Positions 40,733-48,488 of a stretch of 64,000 bases of DNA are shown here, in pieces; within the stretch, counting starts at the first letter, position 1, and each line of letters opens with the position of its first letter. Origin of the DNA: Myxococcota bacterium. Its GTDB lineage: Bacteria; Myxococcota_A; UBA9160; JAFDDA01. A program made the position numbers and the translations under genes. The stretch spans positions 2,048,001 to 2,112,000 of the forward strand of contig OZ245817.1 in NCBI GenBank assembly GCA_965228475.1, read 5' to 3'. Below the pieces are notes generated by a model that was not told where the DNA came from, made no database searches, and saw nothing but the letters and a program-made list of their open reading frames with translations.

Positions 40733-40819
40733 GCTCGGGTGGCGGAATTGGTAGACGCGCTAGACTCAGAATCTAGTGGGCGCAAGCCCGTGCTGGTTCG
40801 ACTCCAGTCCCGAGCACCA
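40733..40819 (+). tRNA. tRNA-Leu(CAG)
   Basis: Acceptor stem GCTCGGG/CCCGAGC, D-loop GGAATTGGTAGAC, anticodon arm CTAGA-CTCAGAA-TCTAG, long variable arm, GGTTCGACTCC T-arm, encoded CCA. Confidence 0.97.
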
Positions 40820-40905
40820 CTTTTCTTACTTTCTCTCCCTCCGGTCTCGTTCTTGCCTCGGCATCTCAGCCGAGCGCCACGTTTCCCTTTCCGAAAAGAA
40901 GACCC

Positions 40906-43035
40906 ATGAAGATCGATCGCGAACGCGTCCTGTCCGAGGTCCGCGTGCGACCGCGGAGCGCCCAGGAGCTGCTCGACCGCCTCGGCGGCGGGCGGCACCA
41001 GAAGCGCACGCTCACCCAACTCCTGCGCGCCATGGTGCGCTCCGGCGAGCTCGAGAAGCGCGCCCGGCGCTACCGGCTCCCGCGCGCCGACGGCCTCGTC
41101 GAGGGAACCTTCGAGGCGGACGCCCCCGAAGGCGGAACCGTCCGCACCGGAAGCGGGCGACGCTTCCGCGTGCGCTCCGACGGCGGCGCCGAGCCCGGCG
41201 ACCGCGTCCTCCTGCTTCCCCTCGGCGAGCCCGACGGCCGCCGCGCCGAGCGCGGCGAGATCCTCGACGTGCTCGACGGCCGGCGCAAAGAGTGGATCGG
41301 CATCGTCCATCTCGAACCCGCCGGCGCCATCATCACGCCCTATCGGGACGACGAAGAGTGGGGCCTCCCCGTCTCGCGCAAGAATCTCGGCCGCGCGCGG
41401 GACGGCGACGTGGTCGTGTGTCGCCCGGCGCGTCGCGGCGGCGGCCGCGGGCGTCTCGCCGGTCGGGTCGTCGAGGTGCTCGGCCGCCCCGGCGAACCGG
41501 AGGCGGACTTCCGCGCGGTGGTGTGGCATCGCCGGCTTCCGGTCGAGTTCCCGCCGGACGTCCTCGCCGAATCCGAGGCCTGCTCCCTGCCCGAGGGCGC
41601 CGACGCCGGCGACGATTCCGGCGTTCCGTACGAAGACCTGCGCGAGCTGCCCTTCGTCACGATCGACCCGGCCAGCGCCCGGGACCACGACGACGCGGTC
41701 CACGTCGAAGCGCGGGGCGATGCCTTCCGCCTCTGGGTCGCGATCGCGGACGTCGCGCGCTTCGTCCCGCCGGGCGGCGCCCTCGACCGCGAGGCGCTCC
41801 GCCGCGGCAACAGCGTCTACTTCCCGGACCGCGCCATCCCGATGCTCCCGGACCGGCTCTCCGGAGACCTCTGTTCGCTCCGCGCGGGGGAGGACCGCCT
41901 GGCCCTCGGCGTGCGCATGGACGTCGCGGCGGATGGCCGGATCGGCAGGAAGAAGGTCTTCCGCGCGCGCATCCGAAGCCACGCCGGGCTGCACTACGGC
42001 CAGGCCGCGGCCGCCATGGGCGGCGACGCTTCCGTGCTCCCGGACGCGAGCCTCGCGGAACCCCTCGAACGCCTCGCCGCCTGCGCCGCGGCCCTGCGCC
42101 GCCGGCGCGAGTCCGCGGGGGCACTCGACTTCGACCTCCCGTCGGCGCAGATCGAGCTCGACGCCGAGGGCCAGCCCGTCGCCGTCGGCCTGGCCGAGCG
42201 CAACGATGCGCACCGCGCGATCGAGGAGGCCATGCTGGCGGCGAACCGCAGCGTGGCCGAGTGGCTGCTCGCCGAGGACGTCCCTGCCATCTTCCGGAAT
42301 CACGAGCCGCCGCCCGACGAGGACGCCGGGGACCTGCGCCGCATGCTCGCGAACTTCGGGTTGCTCGAGACCCGCGGCCAGGCATCGCTCACGCCGAAGG
42401 AACTCGCCAGCGCCCTGCGTGCCGTCGCCGGCCGGCCCGAAGAGCTGCTCGTGAACCGGGCGGCCCTGCGCGCGATGCAGCAGGCCCGCTACGCCGCCGA
42501 GAACCGCGGCCACTTCGCCCTGGCCTTCGAGGCCTACCTCCACTTCACCTCGCCGATCCGCCGCTATGCGGACCTCGAAGTCCACCGCGCCGTGCTGGCC
42601 CGGCTCGCGGGCGGCAAGGCGCTCGATCGCACGCGGGGCCGCGCCAATCGCCTGCCCGCCATCGCCACGCGCATCTCCTGGCGCGAACGCGTGGCCATGG
42701 ATGCCGAGCGCGACATGGACGCGATCAAGAAGTGCGTCTTCATGGCGAAGCACCTCGGGGAGAGCGTCGCCGGCCGCGTCACCGGTGTGGCCCAGCACGG
42801 GCTCTACGTGACCCTCGAGCCCTGGTTCGTCGAGGGGCTGGTCCACGTCTCGACCCTCGACGACTGGGTCGAGTACGACGAGGCCCAGCACGCCCTCGTC
42901 GGCCGGGACAGCGGCCGGCGCTATGCCCTGGGCGACCGCTACCAGGTCCTCGTCGAGCAGGCCGACCCGATCAAGGGCTGGATCAACTTCAGCATCGAGG
43001 AAACCCTGGAGGAGGGCCCTCGGGTGAACCCCTGA
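40906..43035 (+). CDS. rnr: Ribonuclease R (RNB family)
   Basis: N-terminal wHTH/CSD region, TIDP..ARDHDDA catalytic motif, RGNSVYFP, HFTSPIRRYAD, C-terminal S1 domain. Confidence 0.92.
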   Translation: MKIDRERVLSEVRVRPRSAQELLDRLGGGRHQKRTLTQLLRAMVRSGELEKRARRYRLPRADGLVEGTFEADAPEGGTVRTGSGRRFRVRSDGGAEPGDRVLLLPLGEPDGRRAERGEILDVLDGRRKEWIGIVHLEPAGAIITPYRDDEEWGLPVSRKNLGRARDGDVVVCRPARRGGGRGRLAGRVVEVLGRPGEPEADFRAVVWHRRLPVEFPPDVLAESEACSLPEGADAGDDSGVPYEDLRELPFVTIDPASARDHDDAVHVEARGDAFRLWVAIADVARFVPPGGALDREALRRGNSVYFPDRAIPMLPDRLSGDLCSLRAGEDRLALGVRMDVAADGRIGRKKVFRARIRSHAGLHYGQAAAAMGGDASVLPDASLAEPLERLAACAAALRRRRESAGALDFDLPSAQIELDAEGQPVAVGLAERNDAHRAIEEAMLAANRSVAEWLLAEDVPAIFRNHEPPPDEDAGDLRRMLANFGLLETRGQASLTPKELASALRAVAGRPEELLVNRAALRAMQQARYAAENRGHFALAFEAYLHFTSPIRRYADLEVHRAVLARLAGGKALDRTRGRANRLPAIATRISWRERVAMDAERDMDAIKKCVFMAKHLGESVAGRVTGVAQHGLYVTLEPWFVEGLVHVSTLDDWVEYDEAQHALVGRDSGRRYALGDRYQVLVEQADPIKGWINFSIEETLEEGPRVNP

Positions 43036-43046
43036 GGCCGCCCCCG

Positions 43047-43068
43047 TTTCCAGGCGGATGCCTGGAAA
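43047..43068. terminator. Stem-loop downstream of rnr (possible terminator or stability hairpin)
   Basis: TTTCCAGGC-GGAT-GCCTGGAAA, perfect 9-bp stem, no U-tract. Confidence 0.4.
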
Positions 43069-43078
43069 TCCCCCCGTT

Positions 43079-43094
43079 CGTGATCAACTTCACT
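43079..43094. promoter_or_regulatory. CRP-type binding site candidate upstream of the Crp-family gene
   Basis: CGTGA-TCAACT-TCACT, perfect GTGA-N6-TCAC core. Confidence 0.55.
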
Positions 43095-43203
43095 GGGCGT
43101 CTTCCGATACGAGGTGAAGTCACCCCGGTCCGGGCGATCCCGGACCGCATGGGTCCGTGCCACGACCGCACGGCTCCGCGGGGTGGCCGAACGGGAGGCC
43201 CCG

Positions 43204-43890
43204 ATGGCCGTTGAACTCGCATTCCTTCGGAAGGTGCCGCTCTTCTCCGAGCTCGAGGATTCGGAGCTCGCCGAGATCGCGGCGGCGTTCCGTGAGCGCT
43301 CCTACCCCAAGAACTCCGTGATCTTCCTCGAGGACGAGACGGGCGACTACATGTACGTCGTGCGCGACGGGCGCGTGAAGGTCGTCCGCCAGCTCCCGAG
43401 CGGGAAGGAGACGATCCTCGCCTTCCACGATGCCGGCGAGTTCTTCGGGGAGATGTCGCTCCTTGACGGGGGAACGACCCCGGCGAGCGTGATCGCCGTC
43501 GCGCCTACGACGATCCTGTCGCTCTCGCGGCGCGACTTCCAGAACCTCCTCTCGAACCCCATCGTGAACCAGGCCCTCCTGCGCATGCTCTGCCAGCGCT
43601 GCCGGGAAGCCTGGTCCCAGGTCGAGCTCCTGACCCTGAACCACGCCGAGGCCCGCATCCGGGCCCTCCTCCAGCGCCTGTGCACGAGCAAGGGGCGCGA
43701 GGAGGGGGATGGCGTCCACCTCGAGCAGCGATTGACCCACCGGGAGCTCGCGGACATGGCGGGGATCACCCGGGAGTCGGCCTCCCGGGCGGTCAGCCGC
43801 CTCCAGAAGCTCGGCCTGCTGCGCGTGGAAGAGGGGCTCCTGCACGTTCCCGAGCCCGAGGCGCTGCTCGACTTCGACCTCGACGGCTAG
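43204..43890 (+). CDS. Crp/Fnr family transcriptional regulator
   Basis: LRKVPLFSEL, cNMP-type beta-roll with FFGEMSL, C-terminal HTH LTHRELADMAGITRESASR; GGGAGG RBS. Confidence 0.93.
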   Translation: MAVELAFLRKVPLFSELEDSELAEIAAAFRERSYPKNSVIFLEDETGDYMYVVRDGRVKVVRQLPSGKETILAFHDAGEFFGEMSLLDGGTTPASVIAVAPTTILSLSRRDFQNLLSNPIVNQALLRMLCQRCREAWSQVELLTLNHAEARIRALLQRLCTSKGREEGDGVHLEQRLTHRELADMAGITRESASRAVSRLQKLGLLRVEEGLLHVPEPEALLDFDLDG

Positions 43891-44051
43891 CGGGGAGCCT
43901 GGAATCCGTGCACTCCGGGTTTTCCACCAGAAATCGCACGATTCCCCGGTCGAATTGCGATGGGAGCGTCACCGGGCGGTGTTTTCCGGCGACTCACTTC
44001 CACGCCATACTCCTGCCTTCCCACGAGGCCACCCCGGAGTAGCACGAGCTG

Positions 44052-47000
44052 ATGCCCGCGATCGAAGCCTCCCATGCCCTGTCGCCCATGCAGCAGGGCT
44101 TCTTGTTCCATCGCCTCTCGGGTCTCCCCGCCGGGGTCGACCTCGAGCAGATCCTCGTCCGCTGCGAGGAGCGCCTGGACCGGGCGGCCTTCGCCGAGGC
44201 CTTCGCCGCCGTGGTGGCGAGCCATCCGGTCCTGCGCACCCGCTTCCGCTGGGAGGACGTCGAGGATCCGGTCCAGGAGATCCTGGAGGAGGCCACGCTC
44301 GCGATCGACTGGCGCGACCTGGGCGCCGCCGCCGACGCGGATTCCGCGGTCGAGGCCTTCGTCGCCGAGGATCGCGCGCGCGGCTTCGACCTCGGCGAGG
44401 CGCCGCTCTCCCGGGTGACGGTGCTCGAACTCGCCGGCGATGCCTGCGTGGTCGTCTGGTCGTTCCCGCACATCGTGATGGACGGGCGCTCCTTCCCGCT
44501 CGTGCTCCGGGAGCTCTTCGCCCGCTACGACGCCGCGCGCGAAGGTGACGCCGCGCGCGAAGGCCGCACGGCCGAGATCGCCTTGCGCCCGCCCTACGCG
44601 GAATGGGTCGCCTGGGTGCTCGGCCGGGACAGCGCGGCCTCGGAACCCTTCTGGCGCGAACGCATGGGGGGCTTCCGCGAGCCGACGCCGCTGCCGGGCA
44701 AGCCCGCCGAGGCGGAAGCGCGCGGCGAGCGGGAAGTCCGGCTCTCGCGTGAAGACACGGACGCCCTGCGCCGCCACGCCGAGGCCCACGGCCTCTCGCT
44801 GAACAACTTCGTCCAGGGTGCCTGGGCGATCCTTCTCTCGCGCTACTCCGGCGAGGAGGACGTCGTGTTCGGCGCGACGCGTGCCGGCCGCGCCGGGACG
44901 CTTCCGGACGCGGACGAGCGCGTCGGTCTTTTCATCAACACGCTGCCCGTGCGCGTCGGTGTGGACGCCGGGCGCGAGGTGCTGCCCTGGCTGGCCGAGC
45001 TGCGCGAGCGCGAGCGCGCCGTCCGCCCCCACGAGCACACGCCGCTGGTCTCGCTCCAGGGCTGGTGCGACGTGCCGGCCGGGACGCCGCTGTTCGAGAG
45101 CCTGATCGTCTTCGACCACGCGCTGCTCGACAGCCAGGTTCGCGAGGGGACGGACGGTTTCGAGAAGCGCCGCTTCGAGCTGCGCGAGTGCACGAACTTC
45201 CCGCTCACGCTCTACGGCTACGCCGAGCGCGAGCTGCTCTTGAAGCTCGCCTACGACGAGCCGCGCTTCGACGCCGAGCGCGCCGATCGCATCCTCGGCC
45301 ACCTGGCGACCGTGCTCGAGGCGCTGGCCGCGGACCCGGAGCGTCGCGTCGGCGAGCTCTCCATGCTGACCGCGGCGGAGCGAACGCAGATCCTCGAGGG
45401 CTGGAACGCCACCGCGCGCGACTACCCGGGCGACCGCTGCCTGCACGAGCTGATCGAGGCCCAGGTGGACCGGACGCCCGACGCGCCGGCCGTGAGCTTC
45501 GAACACGAGACGCTTTCGTATGCGGAGCTCGATGCCCGGGCCAACCGGCTCGCCCATCGCCTGCGGGAGCTCGGCGCCGGGCCGGACGACCTCGTCGGAC
45601 TCTTCCTCGAGCGCTCCGTGGATCTGGTCGTCGGCGTGCTGGCGGTGCACAAGGCCGGCGCGGCCTACGTGCCCCTCGATCCGGAATATCCCCGCGACCG
45701 CGTCGCCTACATGGTCGAGGACGCGAGCGTCCGGATCGTCGTGACCCAGGCCGCGCTTTCCGGGGACGTCCCGGCGCGCGACGTCGAGATCGTCGCGATC
45801 GATGCCGAGGAGGCCGGTGCCCCCGCCGAGCGGCTCGAGAACCGCGCCACCTCCGCGAACCTCGCCTACGTGATCTACACCTCGGGCTCGACCGGGCTCC
45901 CGAAGGGCGTGATGGTCGAGCACCGGAACGTTGCGAACTTCTTCGCGGGGATGGACGAGCGCATCCCGCACGGCCAGGGGGAGGGCGACGTCTGGCTCTC
46001 GGTGACGAGCCTCTCCTTCGACATCTCGGTGCTCGAGCTGCTCTGGACCCTCGCGCGCGGCTTCCACGTCGTCGTGCAGGCGGACGAGGCGCGTGCCGCC
46101 CGTCGCGGCCCGGCGCCGGCCGCTGCCGCCACGGGGACGGGGCGTCCGCTCTCCTTCGGCCTGTTCTACTTCGCGGCGGACGAGGCCGAGCGCGCCGGCA
46201 ACAAGTACGAGCTCCTGCTCGAGGGTGCGAAGTACGCCGACGCCCACGGCTACTCGGCCGTCTGGACGCCCGAGCGCCACTTCCACGCCTTCGGCGGGCT
46301 CTACCCGAACCCCGCGGTGACCGGCGCCGCCGTGGCCGCGGCCACCGAGAACGTGCAGATCCGCGCGGGCTCGGTCGTGCTGCCGCTGCACCACCCGGCG
46401 CGCATTGCCGAGGAGTGGTCGATCGTCGACAACCTCTCGAACGGCCGGGTCGGCGTCTCCGTGGCGTCGGGCTGGCAGCCGAACGACTTCGTGCTCGCGC
46501 CGGAGAACTTCGCCACGGCGAAGACGGGCCTGTTCGACGGCATCGAGACCGTGAAGAAGCTCTGGCGAGGGGAGGGCGTGGTCTTCCCGGGCCCGAAGGG
46601 CGACGTCGAGACGAAGACCCTGCCGCGCCCGGTCCAGCCCGAGCTGCCCGTCTGGGTGACGAGCGCCGGCAGCCCCGAGACCTTCCGCGAGGCGGGCCGC
46701 ATCGGCGCGAACATCCTGACCCACCTGCTCGGGCAGACGCTCGAAGAGGTCGGCGAGCGCATCGCGATCTACCGCGAGGCGTGGAAGGAAGCGGGCCACC
46801 CGGGGCAGGGCGAGGTCAGCATGATGCTGCACACCTTCGTCGGCGACGACCTCGAGGCGGTGCGGGAGACCGTCCGCCGCCCGATGATGAACTACCTCGC
46901 GAGTTCGGTCGGGCTGATCAAGGGCTTCGCCCAGGCCTGGACGGCCTACAAGAAGAAGTCCGACGGCAGCACCGACGCCGACGTCGACCTGAACACCCTG

Positions 47001-48488
47001 TCCGAAGAGGACATGGAGGACCTCGTCGCCTACTCCTTCGAGCGCTACTTCGAGACCAGCGCGCTGTTCGGGCCGCCCGAGCACTGCCTCGCGCTCGTGC
47101 GCCAGCTCCAGGACATCGGCGTCGACGACATCGCGTGCCTGATCGACTTCGGCGTCGAGACCGAGACGGTGCTCGCGCATCTGCCCCGCCTGACCGAGCT
47201 CAAGGCGATGGCGACGGCGGCCCCGGCCGTGGCCGCCGAGGGCGGGGCTTCCGCCGCCGAGGACTACCGGTTGCCGCAGCAGATCGCGCGCCACGGCGTG
47301 ACGCACCTGCAGTGCACCCCGAGCATGGCGCGGATGATCACGCTCGACCCCGAGGCCCGCGAAGCCGTCGGCAAGCTCTCGGTCTTCATGGTCGGGGGCG
47401 AGGCCCTTCCCGCGAGCCTGGCGCGCGAGCTGTGCGAGATCAGCCCCGCGAAGATCCTGAACATGTACGGCCCGACCGAGACGACGATCTGGTCTTCGAC
47501 GGAGCACGTCACCGCGGATGCCGAGACGGTGACGATCGGGACGCCCATCGCGAACAACCAGCTCTACGTGCTCGACGCCGAGCGTCAGCCCGTGCCCGCG
47601 GGCGTGGCCGGCGAGCTCTACATCGGGGGCGACGGCGTCGTGCGCGGCTACCTCGACCGCCCGGATCTCACGGCCGAGCGCTTCGTCCCGGATCCGTTCC
47701 GCAGCGCCCTCCACGCGAGCGACGCGCCGGCGCGGCTCTACCGCACCGGGGACCTCGCACGCTGGCGGGAAGACGGGCGGATGGAGTTCATCGGGCGCGC
47801 CGATCACCAGGTGAAGGTGCGCGGCTACCGCGTCGAACTCGGCGAGATCGAGGCGCTCCTGAACCTGCACCCGGCGGTCCGCGAGGCGGTCGTCATCCCG
47901 CGCGAGGACGAGGAAGGCGACCAGCGGCTCGTGGCCTACCTGATCCCGCACGCGGGCGAGGCGCCGGCCAGCCAGGCCCTGCGCGAATCCCTGCGCGAGA
48001 AGCTGCCGGACTTCATGGTGCCCTCGCACTTCGTCTGCATGGAGGCGTTCCCGCAGACGCCGAACCGCAAGGTCGACCGCAAGGCGCTGCCGGACCCGGC
48101 GGAGCTCGCCGGCCACAGCCCGGCCGTCCACCGCAAGCCCGAGAACGAGATCGAGGAGGGCATTGCGCGGATCTGGCAGGAGGTGCTGCGCATCCCCCAG
48201 GTCGGGCGCGAGGACAACTTCTTCGATCTCGGCGGCCACTCGCTGCTGGCCTTGAAGACCCACCGCCGGATCGTGGCGGAGCTCGACGCCAGCGCGCTCA
48301 AGATCACGGACCTCTTCCGCTTCCCCACGGTCCGGGCGCTGGCCGAGCACCTCTCGGACGAGGGCGAAGGGCCCTCGCTGCAGCGCAGCCGTGACCGCGC
48401 CGGGGCCCGGCGCGAAGCCATGGCGGCCCGGCGCGGCCGCCCGCGCGCGCGCCGCAAGCCGCGCGGCTCGAGCGAGCCGAGCGAGTGA
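44052..48488 (+). CDS. Single-module NRPS: C - A (interrupted by luciferase-like monooxygenase) - T
   Basis: C: LSPMQQG, PHIVMDG, GLFINTLP. A: YTSGSTGLPKG, FDIS, NMYGPTE, LYRTGD, QVKVRGYRVELGEIE. LLM insert about 46150-47210: FGLFYF, WTPERHFH.FGG.YPNP. T: FFDLGGHSL. Confidence 0.95.
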   Translation: MPAIEASHALSPMQQGFLFHRLSGLPAGVDLEQILVRCEERLDRAAFAEAFAAVVASHPVLRTRFRWEDVEDPVQEILEEATLAIDWRDLGAAADADSAVEAFVAEDRARGFDLGEAPLSRVTVLELAGDACVVVWSFPHIVMDGRSFPLVLRELFARYDAAREGDAAREGRTAEIALRPPYAEWVAWVLGRDSAASEPFWRERMGGFREPTPLPGKPAEAEARGEREVRLSREDTDALRRHAEAHGLSLNNFVQGAWAILLSRYSGEEDVVFGATRAGRAGTLPDADERVGLFINTLPVRVGVDAGREVLPWLAELRERERAVRPHEHTPLVSLQGWCDVPAGTPLFESLIVFDHALLDSQVREGTDGFEKRRFELRECTNFPLTLYGYAERELLLKLAYDEPRFDAERADRILGHLATVLEALAADPERRVGELSMLTAAERTQILEGWNATARDYPGDRCLHELIEAQVDRTPDAPAVSFEHETLSYAELDARANRLAHRLRELGAGPDDLVGLFLERSVDLVVGVLAVHKAGAAYVPLDPEYPRDRVAYMVEDASVRIVVTQAALSGDVPARDVEIVAIDAEEAGAPAERLENRATSANLAYVIYTSGSTGLPKGVMVEHRNVANFFAGMDERIPHGQGEGDVWLSVTSLSFDISVLELLWTLARGFHVVVQADEARAARRGPAPAAAATGTGRPLSFGLFYFAADEAERAGNKYELLLEGAKYADAHGYSAVWTPERHFHAFGGLYPNPAVTGAAVAAATENVQIRAGSVVLPLHHPARIAEEWSIVDNLSNGRVGVSVASGWQPNDFVLAPENFATAKTGLFDGIETVKKLWRGEGVVFPGPKGDVETKTLPRPVQPELPVWVTSAGSPETFREAGRIGANILTHLLGQTLEEVGERIAIYREAWKEAGHPGQGEVSMMLHTFVGDDLEAVRETVRRPMMNYLASSVGLIKGFAQAWTAYKKKSDGSTDADVDLNTLSEEDMEDLVAYSFERYFETSALFGPPEHCLALVRQLQDIGVDDIACLIDFGVETETVLAHLPRLTELKAMATAAPAVAAEGGASAAEDYRLPQQIARHGVTHLQCTPSMARMITLDPEAREAVGKLSVFMVGGEALPASLARELCEISPAKILNMYGPTETTIWSSTEHVTADAETVTIGTPIANNQLYVLDAERQPVPAGVAGELYIGGDGVVRGYLDRPDLTAERFVPDPFRSALHASDAPARLYRTGDLARWREDGRMEFIGRADHQVKVRGYRVELGEIEALLNLHPAVREAVVIPREDEEGDQRLVAYLIPHAGEAPASQALRESLREKLPDFMVPSHFVCMEAFPQTPNRKVDRKALPDPAELAGHSPAVHRKPENEIEEGIARIWQEVLRIPQVGREDNFFDLGGHSLLALKTHRRIVAELDASALKITDLFRFPTVRALAEHLSDEGEGPSLQRSRDRAGARREAMAARRGRPRARRKPRGSSEPSE

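Noticed and set aside
40733..40905. tRNA-Leu as the integration site of an island carrying the NRPS-PKS
   Set aside because: No integrase, no duplicated tRNA 3' end noticed, and the next gene is housekeeping rnr.
43966..43983. TGCGA-N8-TCACC upstream of the NRPS as a CRP box
   Set aside because: Spacer is 8 nt rather than 6; too weak to call.
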